Source of the DNA: Psammoneis japonica
Lineage: Eukaryota
Length of the DNA: 64,000 bases
Direction: 5' to 3'
Assembly: GCA_008632985.1 (NCBI GenBank)
Contig: QPGO01000041.1
Coordinates: forward strand, 434,001 to 498,000
Part shown: positions 11,150 through 23,901 of the stretch, piece by piece
How the letters are laid out: every line of letters begins with the position of its first letter
How positions within the stretch are numbered: position 1 is the stretch's first letter
Translations under genes and position numbers: made by a program
Notes under the pieces: generated by a model
Databases searched by the model: none
Seen by the model: only the letters and a program-made list of their open reading frames with translations
Told to the model about the DNA's origin: nothing

Positions 11150-12510
11150 GTGGGACATTTTTCCAAAAGCAGTGTGGTGTGCAGAAATCAGTGAAACAAA
11201 AAAAATGATGCTGACATCACCCTGCATGAACCACACGTGTTTGCAGGTGATGCCAATGCTGGGAACTAAAGGCAGATGAACTTAAAAACTTGGCAATCAC
11301 TGATCACCCTGAGAACAGCTGTGTGAACACCATGATCAGAGCTTTGTCACACAGACACACCAAACACACAGACAGGCAGGGTTGGGCTGTGGCAATCAAT
11401 GGCACAGTTTGAGATGAAGCACAGAGAGCACATCATGCGTGTGTGCATGATCTGCCATTCTTCAAGAAACTTGCATGAGTTGTGATCATGATGTTTCTGC
11501 CCTGATCTTCTGTGAATGATTTGTCAAATGTTCTGACTCACCTCTGGATTCACATTGCAACTCCCATGCCATTGTAGCTGGCAGAACCAAAACACCGCCT
11601 CACAATGACAGTGCAGCACATTCTTGGGGCAATGCACACCTGCTTGGCAAGAGCAAAAGAACAACAGATGCCTCAGTCCAGTTTGCACAACATTTCCATT
11701 TGAAAGTTTAAGGGTGCAGCACCCATGTGTGAAGAGAGAGGAGAGTGCAAACTTGTTTTGCTTGTGGAGTTCTCAGTGCCACGCAGCCAATCTCCCGTGT
11801 TTTTGTGTTTTTGGCCGCGATGCACCTGGCCAAGAAAATTTTCATGCACAGACATTTTGGCAGTCCAATCACTCAACTTCAGCCAGGAAGGGATGCAAGT
11901 GTGAGCCAACACATTGCATGTGAAATGGAAAATGCCAAAGCTTTGTGAGCAGTGGGTTTTGTGTCGCAAAATCGTTCTTGACTCGCCAGGCGCCATTGCT
12001 GCTGAGTCAGGTGTGTCAGCACAGCAGTGCAAAGCCAGGTGTGTTGCAGCCAGGGAAAAAACCAGCATCCTGGCAGCAGGCTGTGCACATCAGAGGCACA
12101 AAGCCCTTGACTTAAATTCATTTTTGCATTGGGAACAAAGCAAAAAAGTGCATCTCTGCAACGGCGGCACATGTGTGGGAGCAAAGCGGCTGACCAAGTT
12201 TCTGGATTTACAGCAGCACTTCACCAGGTGAACGACAAAGAATCATGTCCTGTTGCACTGACCAAATTCCATGGGGTTGGTGCATCTGTGGGTGTCCAAT
12301 TGAGAATGGGGACTTGTGGGGTGGTTGGTCCCTGCATGAAAAATCAACAGGTGGCGACACACTCCAAGGCTGAGCCATTGTGTGCAAAACTGCTCTGAAC
12401 GAAACAAAACTTGCTTCTTCTGGTGGATTTGCACTTCACTCTACTCCCTACAAAAAGGGCTGTTTTCCATGCAAGAATGGTGATTGCATGCATGCCTGTT
12501 CTTTGCATCA
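11150..12510. mobile_element. Degenerate repeat/TE-derived block (TpA/CpG-depleted), family unassigned
   Basis: Same compositional signature as the other decayed blocks. No recognisable intact protein. Confidence 0.5.
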
Positions 12511-12730
12511 CACTGAAAGATCCAATTGAACGCGACGTGGACATCGGGACGGGTGAAGGAATGAAGTAAGACGGCGGCACGGACGCGACACGCGACGCGG
12601 GCTATTGCAGCTTGCAGCGACACAATGGGCAGGCGAACGGACCGCGAAAGATGATTCATGATGATATGATGAAGAAACATCTTGAAGCCTGCAACACAAT
12701 GCCGTAAACCGGCACACTTCATGCCATGCG

Positions 12731-14151
12731 ATGCGATCGATGCTCTGGTGTTTTCTTGGTGTTTCAGTTGGATTGAGCGTTTACAGGATCATTAGGAGTG
12801 AGCTGCTTCTAAGAGAATTTTCCCCAGACAACAACGCTCCAGTGACTGTTGGCTATGTCTTTTCTCTCATAAAATGCGGCGACTTTCAGAGCACTCCCGA
12901 AGGACTTATCGATGCTGCCTTGGTTATGAGACACTCAATTCACCAAATCTCAATTCGAAATCCCAAAAGCGGCAGCTTGTATGATTATGAAATGTACGCG
13001 CTCGTTCATCGACAAGCTGTCCACTGCTCTGACACCTTACGAGATGTCGGGTTTAACGTGGTGGTGGTCGATCCACCTGTTGAGCTGAGTGAAATCAAGG
13101 GTGCATTTCTCAGAGAAAACATACATCGGGAATGGTGCTGTGGCCATGACGAGTTCATCAAACTCTACGCTTACACAAAGATACCTCATCCGATTGTCGT
13201 TCATGTCGACTCGGACTTTTTCTTTTTGCAACCCATGGATACATTATTTGACGCCATGCTGTATTCCCGTTGGTCAGAACAGGGCGACGAGCACGTCGAC
13301 ACATTGAAATGGAATTTCCAAAAGAGCATGTTATTCCTAATCAGATTGATGCATTTTACACTAGAGATTGGCCGCAGGTGGTGCCGGGGAGCAAGAATCG
13401 CAAAGCTGGCTTTCAAGCTGGATTCATAGTTCTGCGACCCGACAAGCGAGTCTTTAACGAGTTGGTCAACATTATACGGGAAGGAAATTACGTACCAGGC
13501 CCTGGACGGGGGTGGGGAGGTAGCGGAGGCTATGTTGGGTTCGTAGGTGCCATGGCAATGCAAGGTCTTCTCGCCTACTATTACGAGGCGTTGCATCCCC
13601 ATGTGGGGGTAGAGCTGAATCAATGCCGATACAACTGGATGGGAATGGATGTGAGATATCGAGCTGCGCCTAACTTTAACCCACAACGCAACAAAACCGG
13701 CAAGTGCCGCAACAATCGAGAGCACTGTGAGGATTGTAGGTTTACCGACTTGTCTCTCATTAAGAATGTTCATTTGACACAATGTCGCAAACCATGGAAC
13801 TGCGTAGGAGAAGGCCGACCTCAACAAGCTAGACTGCAAGTGAATGTGTCTAACGTTACAAAATTCAACGGATACATTGATACAAGTGCAGGCGATTTGC
13901 AACAATGTCTCAAGATCCAAAGAAAATGGCACGAACTGCGATCTGACTTTGAATCGCAGCTCCACGAGATAACGAAAGATGAAGACATTTTGGCAGGTGG
14001 AAACGGCACATACATGCCGCACGTCTTCATGGGACACTGTAATGAAATTTCTGCATCCGGATACAAACCCATAAATGCATCCAAGACGTCCTTAAAGATG
14101 ATCCCAAAGTTATATTCGCATCAGAGAGGAATGGATATGTACGGTAAATGA
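12731..14151 (+). CDS. Glycosyltransferase family 8 (glycogenin-like), type II membrane protein, with one frameshift near 13283
   Basis: N-terminal TM anchor, then FIKLYAY...VVHVDSD (DxD), FQAGFIVLRPD, QGLLAYYY, YNWM and VHLTQCRKPW. The two ORFs join if one base is added in cagggcgacg. Confidence 0.85.
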
Positions 14152-14744
14152 ACCGTTTGCCGCGATGCTCGCTAGGGGAATAGGGCATGGGCTACTTTCA
14201 ACTTTTGTGTTGCCAAAGCATGCGAACAACGCGGCTACCTCGTCGCCGAGCTTGAATGTCCATGGTGTTCTGTCAGCTAGTGCCCGCCGTGGGTCAACAA
14301 GTCAAAGTCCATAAATGGAGGTTGCTGGGCTTTTGAAGCCCTCCATCCCCAGCAAGACTGGATCACTGATCTGCGCTATTTCTGAAAACGGTTGTCCATA
14401 CAAGGAATTACTTCACGAGTCGTGCATTGACCTACAAGAACCACTATATACTGCCGCGCCGAGACACACATTCACGGCTTCTCTTCGGCGTGTTTGAGCG
14501 AAGCCATAGATAAGAGAGCGTGATTTTCTGTACGCTCATCCGGAGCGCAGCGCGCCTGGGCGGGTCTCGTAGTCTCTAGAGCCTCCTACTAGTAGAGTAG
14601 CTAGCGGCTTTCGATCGAGACGACACATGACACAACATATGAATACTGTACACAACAGACGAAAGAGCGAGGTGGATCAATAACACGTCAAGTATCCAAG
14701 TCCCAAGCCGAACAAAAGATCAAAACAACTACAACAAAACTATC

Positions 14745-16165
14745 ATGAGAAATGAGAAAGCTTTGATTGGGGCTCTCTCCGGTGGTGCCGTAACTCTAGT
14801 CATGGCCTCATGTGTGTACTTTCGGGCGAAACGTGGACGTGGCGCAGAGGATGAATCAATGCTTCCGCCCGCGGATTTTCGCCTCAAGGCGGGAAGAAGG
14901 GGAGTGAGGAAGAGCAGAGTGTGGATGTTGAAATGGGGCAGTGGCCAGCAACAAGTACAAGTATTACGATGAGTTCGACTGCAACCGTGGATACTGTAGG
15001 TACTTCAATCCCGGTTGATGTTGAAGAAACAAAGTTCTTGGACTGCAAACAAACTTTTGAGAGGGCAAAGTTCTTATTTCCTGGCCTGATTCCTGACGGA
15101 GCTCCTCAAGCCCGTTATGCTTCTAACAGAGGAATTGCTGAAGCTTTGTTGGAGGGGCTGTCCTGCAAGCTTCGGGAGTTGCAGAAGCGCTTGAGCAAGA
15201 CGGAGTTTGATCGATTGCTAGAACGAGAAAATGCACCAGATCTCTGCATCAAGTTGGCAATGAACGAGAAGATTGTCAAAATGAGGTTTAAAGTTGTTCG
15301 CAATTTCGAGATCGACGTTGGAATCACTGGGAAACTCAATATCATTCACTCTTTGGAGCACCTTATCCTCAGTCTTCATGTCAACAACCCATTCAGACCT
15401 GTCGATTGTGAGTTCAAACACAAGTTCAACAACAATGGCTGGACCGAGATGAAGAAGGGGCAGATTGCTGATGCGCTCAAACGGGTGGAAGACGTTTGGA
15501 GGGTTCAAATGCATTATTCCAAACCATGGGAAGAATGCCACATGCATGGCACAACAGGAGCGGTACTCTTGGAGGTCGAAGGAAAAAACGGGCTCGTGCA
15601 GCCTAATTCATCTTCTAGCTACCCTCACGATTTCGGGCCTGGTGTCTATTGCTTTAAGGGCCGGCTTGATTGCGCCCTTTCATTTGCGGTGGACCGTTGT
15701 TGGTCAATATTCGATGAGGAAACACAGTGTATTCGCTCCATGAATCCTGCTGTCATTCTGTTTCCGGCAATATGACATACGAAGTTGGTGACAAACCACC
15801 ATTCACGGATCAGGCTTTGAAAAAACGTTTATCTGTTGGACGATTTTGAAGATTTCGAGAAAGAAAGGAACAAGTGGCCCAAGATGAACAAGAACTGGAA
15901 GCAGTTTGTCAAATTGGCTCAGTGGAAAATAATTGTTCCGCCCTTCTCAGGTGTCTTTAAAGGCTTGATACACAAACATAATTGTGAACACACTGGAAAG
16001 TTGGAAGGAGAACCAACAACAGACAAAGATGGCTGGCTGCAGTATTGTTTTACAAATGCTGCTGTTCTTGATGGGACCAGGGGTTTCTTTGAATTCGACT
16101 TGGATTGGAACAAGTGGAAAACATGTATTCTCGAAGAGAGAATACAGATAAACTCGAAAAGGTGA
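14745..16165 (+). CDS. Membrane-anchored protein with an ADP-ribosyltransferase-like (DUF3990-like) domain, split by two frameshifts; possibly a pseudogene
   Basis: Three consecutive ORFs (14745, 14921, 15836) with an N-terminal TM segment. Motifs MHGTT, HDFGPGVYCF and LQYCFTN. Confidence 0.5.
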
Positions 16166-16579
16166 AGCGAGAGGTAGAGGACGAGATTCTGAGCAAGAAC
16201 CAGCATACATAGGCGTTTGTAGTTTCATGTATATCGGGGCAACAAATAATAATGATGGTAATCTTTGTTTTAGAATAATTGCGCCTGCTGCGCTACAACA
16301 ATTCGTAACATCTTCTTGCTCCGGTTGCTGGGAGGACGAGACGGCCTATTTGCGTCCCACAGATGCGGCGTCCTCCTGTCCACCCATTGTCTTTGGATGT
16401 CTGTCAGGGATGGGATGTTCGTCCTACATTGTCCCAGAAGCTACGAATGTCGTTGTTTCTACCTACGAAAGCTGCAGTCTAGCTAGAGTGCCACCACGCA
16501 CCACACCGGAGTGCCTCCTTTGCTCACCCGCATGCAGCAGTGCATGTAAGCCTGCAGGTGCTTGTTCACCACCCTGTGT

Positions 16580-19500
16580 GTCATGACTGGGCAGCAAGAC
16601 CTCCCAGAAGCTGTGGTGCCTTGAGAGGAACCAGAAAATGACCTCTGCACATTCTTAATGCCCAGTGGCATCTGTGCTGCTCAGCGACTGGAGAAATCAT
16701 TGTTGGTGTGGTGGGCACAATGGAGTGACTCTTGATTGCCCTTCCCTTGCACAGGGACAGTGCGGCCATGCATGTTTGCTGCTTTGTCATGCAATGTCAG
16801 TCATTCTGTCAAACACTTTCTTGCCCCATGCATGAACTCCAACATCAGTTCATCAAGCCAGAAGCCTCTCTTCAAATGTGTTCTCAAAATGATTGTTGTC
16901 CAGTGGGCTGCTCCTTGTGGACATTGACAATGCAGCACTCAGTTGATGAGATCATTTCCCAGTCAAAACCATTTTGTTTCTCTTGCCTCCATCACCAATG
17001 CAGGTCCACTGGTGGCTCTCACTCTCTCTGCTTTGTGCAGCACACAGCAAAAGCATTTTGAAAATGAAGCTGTTGAGATCAACATGATGAAAGTTGCTCT
17101 TGCAAGCCATGTGCCATGTGTCACCTGTCAACAATGTTGCATTGTTGCAATGCAGCAATTTTGTTAGAGGAATCTCAGCACAAAAGCAAAAGTGATTTTG
17201 TGCTGTGGGACACAACAACATCAGAAGATGTGCCCCAGCACCCAGCACTGAGCACCAATTTTTTTTCTGGAAATCTTGAAGCACTTGCTGAGATGATGAG
17301 ACCAACACAAACACACACTTGCAGCAGGTGTGGACAATCTTGTGGCTGATTCACATTGTGCAAAGTGATGCAACAACAGCTGTGTTCTAGCCACACATGA
17401 TCAATCGGGTGCTGCAAAATGACACTTGCATGATTTTTGTGCAGTCTCTGACTCGCAACCGAACTTTTACCACCAGAAGCACAGATCCACCCAAATGTCA
17501 ATGTTTTGCAACACTGGCAAGACTCCTGTCAGTGTTGCAGCATCATTGTTTTTGCATCATTGATGTTTTTCATTTGCACTTGGTTGTCTTCAATGTGAAG
17601 AACTTGTTTGAGCAGTGCAGTGTGTGCTGCTCTCCACATGAGATGATCTGGGTTGCCGCTCCCTCACTTGAGTTGTCACCAATTCATTGACAACTCATCA
17701 AAAATTGGAAGTCATCTTGAGGTTTGATTTCTCAGGGTGGCAGCATTTTTCAAATGGCTTGTGATTTGTGGAGCTTTCCTGCACTTTGCTGATCGCACAA
17801 TCTTGTGATGCCTTGGCATGGGCTGCTCCCAAATGTTGCAAGTTTACCCATTGGGTTGACACTCCCTCACTTGAGTGTTGCCAATTCATTGACAATCTTG
17901 AGGTTAGATTTCTCAGGGTGGTCACATTTGTTTAAATGGCTCATGATTTGTGAAGCTTTCCTGCACTTTGCTGACCATGTCATCATGTGATGTGCCTTGG
18001 CACCATGCTCCCAAATGTTGCAAGTGTGCCCAGTGCCTGTCAAGGCTTTTGGCCCTTTGTGCAAACCACTCTTGTCAACTCAAACACCAGTTGTCAGATT
18101 TGGCACAGTTGCCACATTCAACAAACTGCTGCTGTTCTTCACCAAAATCATGCTGCTCATGGTGGTGAGCCTTGACATTCTAGGAAATGACAACAGCTGC
18201 CATTTGACTGGCTGCTGATGTGCTCACAGCTGCTGAGCCAGAGACCTCACAAACTTTCACAGCCATTGTCAATGTGATCAATGATTGGGCCAAAAGTGCT
18301 GAAAAAGAAGCCAAGTCTGACATCTGCAGCATGATTTCCAAGACTTTTGCATCCTTGGCAGATGCTTGTGAGTTGTGTGAGTGGCAGCATTGCATGTTGC
18401 AAATGCCCTCAAAGTGTGCTTCTTGGTTGCTGACACTCACAAGTTGAATTTTGCATCATCAAAAAATGCTGCACCCACACCAATGGTGGAGCTCTTGTCG
18501 TCAACCCTGTTGCTGTTTCATTGTGAAAGGATGCCAAAACATGGGATTTGGCAGTGTTTGTGAAGTGATGAGGGAGTTTCTGCTCTTGGTTTGTTGGCAG
18601 ACAAGAAGAACACAACAAGAACTTGGAAAAGAAACTTCAACTGCCAGTGCAGCCCATTGCTCATGTTGCTTTTCAAATGTGCAAAGGTGCAATGTGGTGG
18701 GTGGCAGTCAGGGCATGCACATCACTGCACTGGAAGCATGCCAGCCACCACATTTGGCACTTCTTCAAAAGCATGGCCAGTGCAAAGGTGCGATGCTTTC
18801 ATCTACCATGATTGCAGTCCACAGATTGTTGTCTGGCCATCATCATAAGATGGACATTTTGTCTGGCCGTCAATGACCACCAGAAGAACGCACACAGCTG
18901 GAGCAGGAACCCACTCATGGAAATGCTTGTCAATTTGTCTGGCCGTCATCACAAGACATTGTGATGTTTCACACCCACAGTGTCCATGAGTGTCCAAAAA
19001 GTGTCCACATCTGGGCTTTTTCCTGCACAGTTTGTGCTGTGAACTGTGCAGAGAAGGGTTTGACTGGACTGGGGGAAAAGTCTGATCATCAGTGTGTTTG
19101 GGGGTTTTGCCAATGCAATTTTTACAGCATGCACAGAAGACATCAAGTCTGTCCAGTGTTCACCAAAACCCCTCAATGCACAGACTGACAGACTCTTTCA
19201 GTGCAAATTCTGTGCAAGATTCTTCAGCGGGGCATGGAAAAGGTTTGATTGGGTTTTCAAATTTTCTGGGATGATTGATCCAGGCCATCAGCGTTTTGTT
19301 TTGGGAGTTGGTGATTCGGCATTGGGGCCATGTGTGCTGGCCAATTTGCTTGGGAATGGGGACACAGCAGTCCATGGTGTCATGTGCTGCTGCAAAGCAT
19401 TTTCTCTTTCCTGCAGATTTGAGCTTTCACTTGACAGACATCAATGTTGTGTTGATCAGTGGCAGGGGACTTGTGGGGCTCCAACATTCACAGTGGCAGT

Positions 19501-20390
19501 GATGAGAGCATTGCCAATTTACAGCTGCACAGGGCTGTAAGATTTTGAGCAGTTGGTGGTGCTTGAGAAGTTCCAGTGGTGGCAGAGACAGTGTGCCACA
19601 GAGGAAAAGAGAGTTGAGTCACAAAATTGATGATGACCAATGCTCCTGAGACACTGGAAGCCCAAGAAAAGGCCAAAAGTGACAAAAGCCTGGTTGGCAA
19701 TGAAGTTGACACATGACCAAAATTTCATTGTCAGTGTCTTGATGGCAGCTGGAGGTGCTTTTCTTTTCACAAGAATGGCCAAAATGCCTGCCATGATCTG
19801 GGCTGTCTCACCCTGCCCTGCTTTGCAGCTTGACCTGCTTGAACAATGGGGGGCCACCCAGCGGTGATCTGTGATGAGCAGCTGCTCTCCAAAGGCAAGG
19901 GCAGAGTGATGGGGCCTCTGCTGTCTAACTCAAAAAGAACACCACCACTCACTTCATTTGGAGGGTGCCCTCAAACAGACCTCCAAACTCTGTGCATGGC
20001 TGGTGTGGTGCAAAAGCTCTTCTCTCGAGCTGACATCATCATGAGTCTGGCAGTTCTTGATGTGTTTGCAAAACTCAGCTTTTAAGTCAAACATGCTGAG
20101 CTGAAAAGCCAACCCCACTTGCCAAGTTGAGATGATGGTTGGGTCAACAGGAGCCAGGGTCACCAGCCAGACAGGAGAGTGCTTTTTTTTCCTCGATGGG
20201 TTCTTGGGGAGGAGATTGTCTCCAACGAATTTGGCAATTTGAGTGTGCCTTCCAACCACTTTGGGTCCTCCTGCTTCTCTTCTGCTCCCCAATCCTGGGC
20301 TGCCCAGCTCCTCAGTCTCAACATTGTCCTGGCTCTTTCCAATCATCCATCCACCTGCCAATCTTTCCCTTTCCTCGCCTTCCTGCTGCC
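16580..20390. mobile_element. Degenerate TE block, possibly including a hAT-like relic with duplicated BED-finger-like motifs
   Basis: TpA/CpG-depleted. On the minus strand KCRKASQIMSHLNKCDHPE occurs with a second, more degraded copy. Confidence 0.4.
17659..18025. repeat. Tandem duplication, period ~200 bp
   Basis: ctccctcacttgag...ccaattcattgacaa...gatttctcagggtgg...ttcctgcactttgctga occurs at ~17659 and ~17862. Confidence 0.85.
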
Positions 20391-20630
20391 ACGCGCGCTG
20401 CGCTCGCTCGCTCCGCTCGCTCCTTCCACTCCCACCCCGTCTGTCCGTGCCACCAGCCCTGCCTTTTTCACCGCACCCAGCACCGACCGCACCGCACCCT
20501 CCGTCAAACATCTCGGTGTTCCGAGCACCGAGCACTTGTCCACACTAATCCTTTCAAGTATTCGATCCCACCCCATAAGAATGCGGCACTAAAGAGTGTG
20601 TTTCTAAAGAGGAAGAGCGCTGTTAACAGC

Positions 20631-22946
20631 ATGAAAACAATCTACGCGTTTTTCGTCGCGACTGCGGCGTCGGCGCAGAAATGCGGGGCTTTTTCGGCTT
20701 CAGGACAACCCCATCGTTTTGACGCGGATATCGCTTCAATGGAAGCTGATGTTATTTGGTCTCTCCGAAGTTGCGAGACCCTCGACCACGTTCACGACAT
20801 CCTCGAGTTTTCTCTATGGGCAAATCCTTCCGTAAGCAACGCTCAGAGAAGCATTCAGCAGAGTAATTCAAAACCGGAAACACGAGTGGGCCCTAATGTT
20901 GCCGCTGCTGCGCTACATAAAACAGTTGATTTAATTTGCTTTTCGGAAATTGACATCGAGAGTGGAAGCACGTTGGCTATGTTGTTGGAGAATGTTGGTA
21001 CAGCTGTTGTGACGGCGCCCAACACAACGACGAACCTTACGGTGTATGCTTTGTCGGATGTGTTGATTTCGCTTGGAAAACTTGCTGGTGGATACAATCC
21101 GAAACTGAAACCCCTTGCTAGTAAAGTGTGTGACCTGATTGATGACCAACAAGAGTGCTACATTAAGGCTGTAGGACCGAAACGATTGGTTCAGAGTCTC
21201 GAGACGATGGCTTCTCTGAGATTGATGTCTGATTTTACTGATTTTGTACAAGCTGCCTGTGGTCGACTGGGACGAGGTGACTCCTTGGGTGCCTTGAAGG
21301 CCTATGATCTTTCTCGAATTCTTAATGTTTGTTCAAGGCTGGACCAACACCCTGTCTCTCCCACACCCTTTATGAGACGCCTTCGAAAGAAATCAGTCCG
21401 AAAACACGCCGCCAACTCGGATATGTTTCGAGCTCTGGTAGCTGCAGAAGTGCTATCGTCCAATGCGACTGCAAAGATGCGTGAAGAGGCAAGGGTAATG
21501 TGCTTTACGGTCCTTCGTGATTTGGCAGATCGACAAGAGTCGCCACTCACGACACGACAAATGACCAAAGCGTTGGATATCGCTCAAAGTCTTGGAATCA
21601 ATAAGACCGAACCTATTCTGGCACAACTCTGTCATAATACCTGTGCGAGCACCATAGCCTCTCAAGATAGAGTTACATTGATCGACGTGAAACGAATTTT
21701 GTCATGCTTGCTTAGACTGGACCTCGTGTCTCAGCCGAACTTAGTCGGACGTTTGGGAGAACGGTTTCGAAAGTTGGTCTGCGCTGGAGAAGAGCAAATG
21801 GAACCTCGACGTGTGGCCGAGATTCTCTTGTTTGCTGCGCTTCTTCATCCTGGTAATGAAGTCATCATGACGCCCTACGTTCGCGCTGCCAGAGTTCTAT
21901 TGGCTTCTGAATCCAATGTCGATCATAAATTTCTCTCTCTATGCAACTGTGTCGAAATCAGCCGGTTTCTTTACTTTGCAACTCAAACTCATTGGACGGA
22001 CCACGAGGTGTTGGTAGAGCTTGCTCATCAGCTGCTTGATTCGGACAAGTGTAGGAAATGCACACCAACCACCGCCGGGCGGATACTGAAAAGCTTCACT
22101 ACCCTGGCATTTCGAGACGGTCCTGATGCAAAGAAGTACGAACAGGAAGTTGAAGATCTTCTCCCCCAGTTGTTTGATAAATTCGGAGAACATTTGTGGC
22201 CCATGGAATTTGAACCAATGGAAGCCTCAGCCATAATGTTTGCATATGCTCGGGCTTCATATTATGTAAGTGATATGGCGGTTTTTGATGCCCTGGCGGG
22301 ACGTGTCGCGCTAGGGTTGGAAGAGTGCACTGCCAGACAAGTGGTGCAGAGCTTTTGGGCATGCGGCAAATTGACAATTCGAAAACAGTCGTGGAGAAAG
22401 ACTCTCCCGCACTACGTATCATGCGCCAAGGAATTTGCCAGATACCTTGCTTTGCAAGCACCAACACTTACGACAAAGGATGTTGCGCAATCCATATGGA
22501 CCTGTGGACGGCTCTATATCAAAGAACCTTCCATCGTCTATCCATTGGTATTCCGAACACAGGAGCTGGTATCCAGTCTTTCATCTCAGGAGGTTGCCAA
22601 CATTATGTGGGGCTTAGCTAGAGTTGGATACAATGACAAAGAGACCATCTCAGAGTTGACAAGGCAGATCGTATCCTTGAGTCCTTCTCCACAAGAGGTC
22701 TCCAATGTCCTGTACGCTATGGGTAGAATGAAGATTGGCGACCGGGAGGTATTCTCGCGGCTCTCTGACGCATTGATGGAACAGATAAAAGACGCAAGTG
22801 CTCAGTCCATTGCCAACGTGCTCTGGGCATACAAAGCAGTGCATGTTACACCTCCTAAGGAGCTACTGGACAGTTGGGCGACACAAAAGCTGGGACTTGT
22901 TGGACTCGTGGTGCCGCCAGCTAGTGAAGATGAAGACATCGTGTGA
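20631..22946 (+). CDS. Plastid-targeted helical-repeat RNA-binding protein (OPR/FAST-RAP-like)
   Basis: ATG 20631 gives the signal peptide MKTIYAFFVATAASAQKCGA^FSAS with an ASAF-like cleavage motif. C-terminal ~37-aa repeats: TTKDVAQSIWTCGRL, SSQEVANIMWGLARV, SPQEVSNVLYAMGRM, SAQSIANVLWAY. Confidence 0.82.
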   Translation: MKTIYAFFVATAASAQKCGAFSASGQPHRFDADIASMEADVIWSLRSCETLDHVHDILEFSLWANPSVSNAQRSIQQSNSKPETRVGPNVAAAALHKTVDLICFSEIDIESGSTLAMLLENVGTAVVTAPNTTTNLTVYALSDVLISLGKLAGGYNPKLKPLASKVCDLIDDQQECYIKAVGPKRLVQSLETMASLRLMSDFTDFVQAACGRLGRGDSLGALKAYDLSRILNVCSRLDQHPVSPTPFMRRLRKKSVRKHAANSDMFRALVAAEVLSSNATAKMREEARVMCFTVLRDLADRQESPLTTRQMTKALDIAQSLGINKTEPILAQLCHNTCASTIASQDRVTLIDVKRILSCLLRLDLVSQPNLVGRLGERFRKLVCAGEEQMEPRRVAEILLFAALLHPGNEVIMTPYVRAARVLLASESNVDHKFLSLCNCVEISRFLYFATQTHWTDHEVLVELAHQLLDSDKCRKCTPTTAGRILKSFTTLAFRDGPDAKKYEQEVEDLLPQLFDKFGEHLWPMEFEPMEASAIMFAYARASYYVSDMAVFDALAGRVALGLEECTARQVVQSFWACGKLTIRKQSWRKTLPHYVSCAKEFARYLALQAPTLTTKDVAQSIWTCGRLYIKEPSIVYPLVFRTQELVSSLSSQEVANIMWGLARVGYNDKETISELTRQIVSLSPSPQEVSNVLYAMGRMKIGDREVFSRLSDALMEQIKDASAQSIANVLWAYKAVHVTPPKELLDSWATQKLGLVGLVVPPASEDEDIV

Positions 22947-22976
22947 CTGCTACATACAAGGACACGACTTTGAGTT

Positions 22977-23240
22977 CTATCGTGGGACACCACCAACCTG
23001 CTGAAAGGATCGCCAGAGCATGGAGAAAAGAGCTCCTTGGATAGCGTTTGTCAAAAGTCGAGTCTGCAAGCCTCGGCCGAAAAGCTCAAGGAATCCGTCC
23101 TTTTCGATAATTAGATTCACTGCTTCCTTGTACGAAAGCTCCACAGGTTTTCCGTTCGATTCTTCTGAGGATGGTGCATCTGCGAGGCCGGCTGTTTGCT
23201 TCGTTGTTTTGATGACTCGAGTCACTATGCTGCAGGAGTG
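22977..23240 (-). pseudogene. C-terminal fragment of a mitochondrial carrier (SLC25) gene
   Basis: RVIKTTKQT...SYKEAVNLIIEKDGFLELFGRGLQTRLLTNAIQGALFSMLW matches the last carrier repeat. No upstream repeats are visible before the next gene. Confidence 0.65.
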
Positions 23241-23901
23241 TTGACCTTGACCGTAAAATTGCGATTGCAATGTTTTACATAGCTTCGAGGTTGTTACTAT
23301 AGCCACAAAACCTTGATTATTTTTCTGGAGCCCCAAACCCTTATCTTTCTGATGTCAACTGTACAGAATCGATACTTGCCCTATCACTACGCGGTGTCGA
23401 TGGATTGTTTATTTTTTCTTTTTATTTGTACTGTATCGTTTTGTTCGAGTAAAGTCGTATCACCAGAAGAATGGTTGACAACGACAGCAACATGGGCTGA
23501 TACCTTTTGCAACCTCACAACTATAGAGCGTACACACTGGCATGTTCCGATTCAGTCCAACTGGAACACCAAACCCTTTTTTTGTTTGGACGCCCGTTCG
23601 TTCTTTTGACATCCTGCTTGTGCACCACGGTTATTTTGCGGTGGGAGCTGTTTTTGGATGGAGTGAGTATCCGAACGTCGCATTCCCGGCTTTTGAGCAG
23701 CATTCATATTACAGAAACAAATCGAGGACTAATAATCGATCCAGCTCTCACTTTACACACTCTTTTTAGAACATCCTAAAGAGGAGCATCATTAATTTAC
23801 ACAAGACCCCCCATTCCACCGAGACTGACATGTACAAATATTATAATCAATTGCAACGTTTCACTATAGCTACAACTACCACTATACATCCATTCCCCGC
23901 C

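Noticed and set aside
20139..20630. N-terminal 164 aa of the 935-aa ORF
   Set aside because: It has a non-ATG start and reads through from stop-poor depleted DNA. ATG 20631 gives a proper signal peptide.
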